Source of the DNA: the human T2T-CHM13v2.0 reference genome, Homo sapiens
Assembly (NCBI RefSeq): GCF_009914755.1
Contig: NC_060936.1
Direction: 5' to 3' (one strand)
DNA length: 64,000 nt
The notes below the pieces were generated by a model. It searched no databases. It was not told the DNA's origin and was given only the letters and a program-made list of their open reading frames with translations. Made by a program: the position numbers and the translations under genes. The first letter of the stretch is position 1. Each line of letters begins with the position of its first letter. Positions 49,029 to 64,000 of this stretch are shown piece after piece.

Positions 49029-49833
49029 TAAAAAAGGTCAGAGCAAGTAAACAAATTCAGTAAAGTAGTAGAATACAGAATCAACAACAAGGATCAATTG
49101 CATTTCTGTACACTAACAATAAACTATCTGAAAAGGAAATTAGAAAAATCCCATTTACAGTAGCACCAAAAATAATAAAATACGTAGGAACAAACCTACT
49201 AAGGAGATGAAAGATTTCTATTCTAAAAACTACAAAACATTGATGAAAAAAGGTGCACAAGACACAGGAAAATGGAAAGTTATCCCATGTTCATGGATTG
49301 GAAGACTTAATATTATTAAAATGTTCATTCTTCCTGAAATGATCTGCAGACTCACTGAATTCCTATCAAAATCCCAGTGGCATTTTAAAATAAAAATAGA
49401 ATAAATAATTCTAAAATTCATATGGAGCTATAAAAGACCACAAATAACCAAATCAATCTTGAGAAAGAACAAAACTGGAGGCACTACATTTTCTGATTTC
49501 AAAATATATTACAAAGCTACAGTAATTAATACAGTAGGTACTGGCATAAAGATAAACATAAACCAATGGGAGCCTCAAAATAAATTCACACATACACAGT
49601 CAACACACCATTCTCCTGCCTCAGCCTCCCGAGTAGCTGAGACTACAGGTGCCTGCCAACATGCCCAGCTAATTTTTGTTTGTATTTTTAGTAGAGATGG
49701 GGTTTCACCATGTTAGCCAGGATGGTCTCAATCTCCTGACCTCGTGATCCACCTGCCTCGGCCTCCCAAAGTGCTGGGATTACAGGTGTGAGCCACCGTG
49801 CCTGGCCATCTTTATTTATTTTTAATTAATTAA

Positions 49834-49986
<153 letters not shown>

Positions 49987-50583
49987 TAGCTAATTTTTGT
50001 ATTTTTAGTAGAGATGGGATTTCGCTATGTTGGCCAGGCTGGTCTTGAACTCCTGACCTCAAGTGATCTGCCCACCTCAGCCTCCCAAAGTGCTGGGATT
50101 ACAGGCATGAGCCATTGTCCCTGGTCTATTTTTAATTGTTTTTGAGAGACAGAATCTGACTCTGTTGCTCAGGCTGGAGTACAGTGGCACAATAATGGTT
50201 CACTGCAGCCTCGAACTCCTGAGTTCAAGGATCCTTCTGCCTCAGCGTCCCCAGTAACTATAATTACAGGCATGTGTCACCAGGTCCAGCTAATTTTTAA
50301 ATTTTTTTGTGAAGATGGGGTCTCACTGTGTTGCTCAGACTGATTTTAAAGTCCTGGCCTCAAGTGATCCTCTCTTCTTGGCTTTCCAAAATGCTGGGAT
50401 TACAGGCATCTGTACCTGGCCCAGTCAACAGGTTTTTGACAAGGGTGCCAAGATAACACAATGGGGAATAGATGTTATCCTAAACAAATGGTGCTGGGAA
50501 AACTGGATATCTATATGCAGAGAATGAAATTGGACCCTATACCTGTAATCCCAGCACTTTGGGAGGCCGAGGCAGATGGATCA

Positions 50584-50841
<258 letters not shown>

Positions 50842-50941
50842 CTAACGCCATCCACAGAGTAAACTCCAAATGTGGTCTAAGTGGTGGTGCCTATAATCTC
50901 AGCTTCTTAGAAGGCTATGGCAGGCTGGGCACGGTGGCTCA

Positions 50942-51258
<317 letters not shown>

Positions 51259-52075
51259 TCAATTGAGCCCAAGAATTCAAGACCAGCCTGGGCAACATAG
51301 AAAGACCCAGTCTCTTAAAAAAATAAAAATAAAAATAGATTAGAAACATCAGACTCAAAATAGTAAAACTCCTAGAAGAAAACGGTTAAAAGCTTCATGA
51401 CTTTGGTCTTGGCAGTGATATTATGGATATGACACCAAATGCACAGGCAACAAAAGCAAAATAAACAATAGTCTGGATGTTCCTCAAAAAACTTAAAGTA
51501 GAACTACCATTTATCCAGCAATCTCCCTTCTAGGTCTTTGTCCAAAAGAATTGGAACCAAGATCTTAAAGAGATATTAGTACTCCTATTTTCATTGCAGC
51601 ACTATTCATAATAACCAAAATGTGGAAATAAACTCAATGTTCATTGACAGATGAATGGATGAAGTGGGCAAATACATACAATAGAATACTATTCAGCCTT
51701 TAAAAAGAAGAATTTCTGCAATATGAGACAACATGGATGAACCTTGAGGACATCATGCTAAGTGAAATAAGCTAGTCACAGGAAGATAAATACTGCATGG
51801 TTCCACTTTTATGAGATATCTAAAATAATCAAATTCATAGAATCAATGAGTGAAATGGTAGTTTCCAAGGGCTGGGGGAAGGAGGAAATCGGAAGTTACT
51901 AATTAATGGGCATAAAGTTTCAGTGAAGCAAGGTAAATAAGCTCTAGAGATCTGCTGTGCAACATTGTACAATTTCAATAATGTATTATTTTCTTAAAAA
52001 GTTGTTAAGAGAGTCCAGGTGTAGTGGCTCACGCCTGTAATCCCAGCACTTTGGGAGGCTGAGGCGGGCAGATCA

Positions 52076-52305
<230 letters not shown>

Positions 52306-52383
52306 TTAAAAGAGTAAATCTGCCAGGCGCGGTGGCTCATGCCTGTAATCCCAGCACTTTGGGAGGCCGAGGCTAGTGGATCA

Positions 52384-52797
<414 letters not shown>

Positions 52798-53301
52798 TTA
52801 AGTTTACGTTGTCATCCAAACTTGAATTGGATTTCTGTTACTAAGGAAGAAGCAGAAAATGGATATTAAGCAGGTAATTTGTCATAGTCCATTCATTGGA
52901 CTGTGAATGGCTTAACACACCATATTGTAAATATATTTTTTGAAATCTGTTTCTTTCCCTAGACTGTAAGATCAGGACTGATTTTTTTAAATGTCTGTAT
53001 CCCCTCATTTGGCAAAGTATTTTGCACATAGTATATGCTAAGTATTTATACATGATTTGCTATTGAATGTTTCCTGTGGATTAGTTTATTATGAGTAAAA
53101 ATTAGGAAAACTTTATTACCAGCAAAAAGTAGGGAGGAAGTTAGGAAAAATTATCACTAAAAATGTTAGCATATGTGACTTCTTCTTGATACTTTTAATT
53201 TTTGTACTAATTAATTGATTTTTAGTATATCATAAAAACCCTATTTCTTATATAATTATAAGGTAACTTCAGAACATAAAAACTTACAAGAATATCACAA
53301 G

Positions 53302-53663
53302 TATCTTAGTCCATTCATGCTGCTATAACAAAATACCATAGTGTGAGTGGCTTATAAAAAACAGAGATTTATTTTTCAAAGCTCTAGAGGCTAAGAAGTT
53401 TAAGATACGATACTGGCAGATGCAGTGTCTGGTAAGGGTCTACTTCCTCATAGACAGCTGTCTTCTCATTCTAACCTCACACGGTGGAAGGGCTGAGGGT
53501 TCTCTCTCAGGCCCATTTTATAATGGCAGTAATCTTATTAATGAGGGAAATAACCCTATAATCTAATAATATCCCAAATGCCCCGCCTCCCAATACCATC
53601 ATTTTGGAGGTGAGGAGTTCAACATTTGAATTTTGGGGGAACATAAACATTCAGACCACAAGA
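53302..53663 (-). mobile_element. MLT1A-type solo LTR
   Basis: TCTTAGTCCATT..GCTGCTATAACAAAATACCATAG...AAACATTCAGACCA. Confidence 0.85.
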
Positions 53664-54075
53664 ACAATAATTTATTTGTTTATATTAAAAGGAACCATCT
53701 TCTCTGCCTCACAGTTTTCCTACCTGGCTCTTAAAATAGAAATATGTTTCTTTCAGAACTATAGAGTCAAGAGGAAATTTCATCTTTCTTTCTGCCACTT
53801 TCCCCAAGTGGAAGGAGTTTTGTATTTAATTGGTGATTTGGGGAGAAAAACATAAAACCCAAGCCATTTCTTGCCATCTTTTTCAAATCTTCCCACCCAC
53901 AAGAAATTATATTCTGCTCAGTTCCTCAATATATGTCATAAACTAAAAACACACGGATTAGGGCCTATGCTTGTCTTCTAGAACAGGCCTGAGGCCTAAC
54001 TCTCATTCTTTCTACTGTTGATCTCACCAAGCAGAAACAGTGATTCTACACAAGTCTATCCATCGTGCAGACTCA

Positions 54076-55080
<1,005 letters not shown>

Positions 55081-56091
55081 TTTTTTTTGTTTATTTATGA
55101 ATGCCTACTGTGTGCAAGGCAGTGTTCAGAGGAGAAGTTTAAAGAGTTAGAATACTAATACTTTAAACAAAAGTTACCTGGTACTCTAATTTTATTGTTT
55201 GAGTTTTGAATTGCTATAATGATCAAGGCAAAGAAATATCATAATTATAACATTTGAGTGCTTATGGCTTGTCAAATGAGCAGTTTCCTGCGAAACAATA
55301 TCTGATTGAATCCTCAAAACAACTCTGTGAGACAATACATGAGAATAGTCTAGGTTGTGCTGCAGTTGGGAGAAAAAGCAAATGTTTAACAAAAAGTTAG
55401 CTCTGGCTGCAGGCAACTCTCCAGGCAACTGTCTTCCATGCAACAACGTGATAATCCAGGCAGCTTCAACCTTGTGGTGCTGCCATCTTAAGATGAATCT
55501 TTTTCCATGGTTGCCACAGTCGGGAAAGAAAAAAATTTCATATCGACCTTTTACTGCCACATCCTGAAGGTGACACACGTAAAATCTACAGTTTTCACTG
55601 GCCAGACCAAGTCACATGGCTCCATTCAGTTGTAGGGTCGCTGAGGAATACAGTCAATCCACTGAGTGGCCAGAAAGGAAAGAGAAGTAAATATTGATTA
55701 ACAAAGCAATATGTAGCATAAATAGCTATTATGACTGTTGTTTTTATATAGGTGAAGAAATGTAGGCTTAGAAAAATTAAGTTATTCATCCAAAGGTACA
55801 TATAAGGTAAGTAGGGGAGCCTCAGTATATGGACCTATCTGACTCCAGAGCCTGTGCCTAACTTCTATCTTCCATTACCTCCCAGCACCGCACTGGAAGC
55901 CTGGCAGAACCTAGCCACCACTAGGGATATTTAATTCAATTCATATACATTCAGTTCAATTCAAATCAGCATATATTTGCTAAATGCTTTCTCTTTGCCA
56001 GGCATTGCAGCTGCATCTGGAGGAGGGTTGAGCTATTTCACCATATAGATCTCCTACGACTTTGAGACTGTGATGTAAAGAAATAGGCAAC

Positions 56092-56464
56092 TGTGATGGT
56101 TATTTTATTTGACAACTTGGCTGGGCTGTGGTACCCAGATATTTGGTTAAACGTTATTCTGGATGTTTTGGTGAAGGTGTTTTTGGATGAGATTAACATT
56201 TTAACCAGTGGATTTTAAGTAAAGCAGATTACTTTCCATAATATGGACGGGCCTCATCAATCGGTTGAAGGCCTTCATAAATCAAAGACTGACCTCCCCA
56301 GAGAAGGAAGGAATTCTGCCAGCAGGTTGCCTTTGGACTCAAGCAGAAACTGAGTCCCCACAATCATGTGTGCCAATTCCTTAAAATAAACATCTATATC
56401 TATAATATCTATATGTATACACATTCTGTTGGTTTGGTTTCTCTGGACAACCCTAACTAATATA
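56092..56464 (+). mobile_element. MLT2 (MLT2D-like) ERVL solo LTR
   Basis: TGTGATGGTTA..CAACTTGGCTGGGC...TTTCTCTGGA.AACCCTAACTAATA. Confidence 0.85.
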
Positions 56465-57224
56465 ACAAGCTTAAAAATTAGTTCTATAAAACAGGGCTAA
56501 GAAATGATTCTTTATTATACTTTAAGAACAAGATCCTCTGCAATCCCTATTTACTTTTATCTTTGAATGTTAAGTAAAAATAGCAGAATTCTAAAATAAC
56601 CTACAGAAATAAGTCAAGATTCATTATATTTTCTATAATACAAGAAGTTTTACAAAGCTATTCATCATAAAATACATAAATTTTTGCAAGGAACCTTGTG
56701 GACTGAAAAAACAGCCAAAACAAATCTGCCACATACAGGCCCCAGAATGTGGTTTTATAATCTGTCCACTTAGGAAACTGTTCCAATTATCTTCACAAAT
56801 TCAGTATTGTGAGAATGTGTCTAGGTGTTAATTATCATTTTAGAAGGAAGTCAGCTCTCCTACACAGCTAAGAATGCTAACAGTCTCCAATTTTAACTTG
56901 TTCTCTTATACAAGATGCTGTTTTGGGAAGTATTTAGTTGCCCCCTGCTGGCCATACAATTGCAGGATTCATTTTTTAAAAAGTTCTCAGTAGATTGCAG
57001 ATGATAATGATAAACTTCTGAAGAGATGCATTCAACTTTTTCATCAGATGAATTCACAATAGACTTCCAATGCTCAATTGAGATACGTAAGTTAATAAAA
57101 AAAATTTTTTTCCCCACCACCTGGTATAGGGTGAAATGTTCCAGCAGGAAGACTTTAAGCTAGATCAGTGGGAGAACAGGATGAGATGTAGGAGGAGTGA
57201 CTGAGGGGCTTCACAGGCTCCCTT

Positions 57225-57682
57225 TCTTCTTTAACTTTTGTTTTAGGTTGAGGAGTACATGTGCACGTTTGTTATATAGGTAAACTCATGTCATGGGGGT
57301 TTGTTTTACAGATTATTTCGTTACCCTGGTACTAAGCCTAGTACCCAGAAGTTATTTTTTCTGCTCCTCTCTCTTCTCTCACCCTCCACCCTCAAGTAGG
57401 CCCCAGTGTCTGTTTTTCCCCTGTTTGTGTCCATGAGTTCTCATCATTTAGCTCTCACTTATAAGTGAGAACATGCAGTATTTGGTTTTCTGTTCCTGTG
57501 TTAGTTTGGTAAGGCTAATGGCCTCCAGCTCAATCCATGTTCCCACAAAAGACATGATCTCATTCTTTTTTATGGCTGCATAGTATTCCATGGTGTCTAT
57601 GTACCACATTTTCTTTATTCAGTCTACCATTGATGGGCATTTAGACTGATTCCATGTCTTTGCTATTGTGAATAGTGCTGCC
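57225..57682 (-). mobile_element. L1PA (older primate L1) 3' end
   Basis: CACTTATAAGTGAGAACATG, ATGGCTGCATAGTATTCCATGG. Confidence 0.92.
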
Positions 57683-58054
57683 CAAAATTCCTAAACACAA
57701 TTTTCTTTCTATAATACTCATGTCATATTTTATGTCTCTTCATATCCTTTTTAAAACCATATGGAAATAATTTACCAAATTGAGAGGAAAAAAACACTTG
57801 TTCAAGAAGCTTAAAAACTATATTTTTATCCTGTCTCTGCTACTAACTCTCAGGCTAATCTTGAGCAAGACTCTTTAACTTTTGGCAGTGATAAATATGT
57901 TTACAAATTTTGATTTTCATTCCCGAAAGTTTCTTCATGCTATTTTGTAATTTCTTCTTCCTGCCACTCTTGGGACTTTCCCATCCTCAAGTTACCACTG
58001 ATCCACTCTCTGTCACTGCAGATTAATTTGCATTTTCTTGATAAGAAAATTATT

Positions 58055-58362
<308 letters not shown>

Positions 58363-58477
58363 GAAGAAAATAATTTTTAAGCTTACTAGCTAAGACACTT
58401 TATAAAATGAGATATGGAAAAAATGTAAATGCTTTATAAATATTTTTAAAAATTGAGTTTCCCTATCTTGAAACCTG

Positions 58478-58995
58478 AGGTGCAGTGTGATGCAGTGGTT
58501 AAAAGCTTAACCTTGGGGCCAGGCACGGTGGCTCACACCTGTAATCCCAGCACTTTGGGAGACTGAGGCAGATGGATCACCTGAGTTCAGGAGTTCGAGA
58601 CCAGCCTGGCCAACATGGTGAGACCCCATCTCTACTAAAAATTTAAAAATTAGCCAGGCATGGGGGTGCATGCCTGCAATCTCAACTACTTGGGAGGCTG
58701 AGGCAGAATAATTGCTTGAACCTGGGAGACAGAGGTTGCAGTAAGCTTAGATAGCACCACTGGAAAAAAAAAAAAAAAGCAAAAAGCTTAAACTTTTAAG
58801 CCAGCAAATGCGGGCCTAGGTCTTGGGTCTTGGCTCTGTTATTTACTAGCTGTATGATGTTGGGCAAGTTACTCAACACCCTGAGGTTAACAGTTTCCCC
58901 ATGCTTAGAGAAACAGATAATAATAGCATCTATCCTCATAAAGATGTTGTGCAATTGCATACAAAACACTTAGCTCAGTGCTGGGCCTGTACATA
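58478..58995 (+). mobile_element. MIR interrupted by an AluS (58517-58778)
   Basis: GCAGTGGTTAAAAGC...TACTAGCTGT.TGA..TTGGGCAAGTTACT; direct repeat AAAAGCTTAA around the Alu. Confidence 0.8.
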
Positions 58996-59811
58996 AAAAA
59001 CCTCAGGGTTGACTACCAATGGTAGTCATCTATCTTTAGACATTTCAAAGAGCATCACCTTAATTCTAAGAAAAGGAAATGAGAAATGAGAACCCTGGCC
59101 ATGCAGCCAGTGCAATCCTAAGGCAATCATTTTAGAAATGTTTTGTGAGGATTATCATAGTTCACTGTGTCAGACATGGTATCCAGCTGACTCTGACTCA
59201 AGCCCTTTTCTTAAGCACCCCATTGGTTTTCTTTCCTCATAACTCTTTCTCCAAGTGTCATGGTATCCCTTTCTTTGTAATTCCATTCCTCCCCCTCAAA
59301 CATATGACCTGACAGTCATCTCATTTCACCTTTGTGATTTGACATATAACTTGGCCAGAGCAGAGTGATAGTCATCACTTGAGATGGCAGGCATGGTGGA
59401 AATAGAGATAATTGAAGAAACAAGGCTTATTTGTGAAAAATGTTCTTTAATAGTTTTATCCCTTGTATTCAAGTACTTCTGTTGCTCTTTTTTGAGCTCT
59501 GCCAGGTTTACACTTATTAAATTTCTCTCCCTACAATGGAAACTACTTGAACCCCACTTGCCAGCCTAGCCCAATTTAGTATCTTGGGCCAATTCTAATT
59601 TTATGAAAGAGAGAGTTAAGATGCTGTATCTTGAGATTTGCATAGAGAAAGCACCTTTAGCATGCTTTCTTCCATGAACTTTTAGCACTGCCTCATTATA
59701 GTGTAGAGAAATATATGGGTAGGGGGTAATTAATTTCTGAGGAGGAGAACCTCCTGCCTACCATCCCTCCTAACTTGTAGCATACCATTTATACAAGTTT
59801 ATTCTCTTCTG

Positions 59812-64000
<4,189 letters not shown>

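Overview
Human (primate) genomic DNA, AT-rich and packed with repeats (about 35 Alus, L1, L2, MIR, MaLR/ERVL LTRs, DNA-transposon fossils). A CpG-island promoter at ~28.9-30.1 kb drives a minus-strand gene whose non-coding first exon (~29337-29711) I recognise from memory as OSBPL8; positions 1-29336 are its intron 1. No intact protein-coding CDS is present: nearly all listed ORFs are repeat-derived or GC-island artefacts. The main result of the hunt is on the + strand, head-to-head with that promoter. About 11-12 exon-like segments spread over 30.5-59.6 kb mostly keep canonical splice signals, join in phase at several junctions, and translate (through stops and frameshifts) into an F-box-like start followed by many cysteine-containing LRR motifs. 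This looks like a heavily decayed, unprocessed FBXL-type (F-box/LRR) gene, a candidate unitary pseudogene, and Alu insertions inside one exon help date its death. This is a by-eye reconstruction and needs HMM and synteny confirmation. Smaller findings include an orphan retrocopied 3' end inside an L1, a duplicated micro-exon/hairpin pair, a CLEAR-type palindrome, a uORF, a 44-bp x3 VNTR and local duplications. Repeat subfamily calls come from recalled consensus sequences and their boundaries are approximate.
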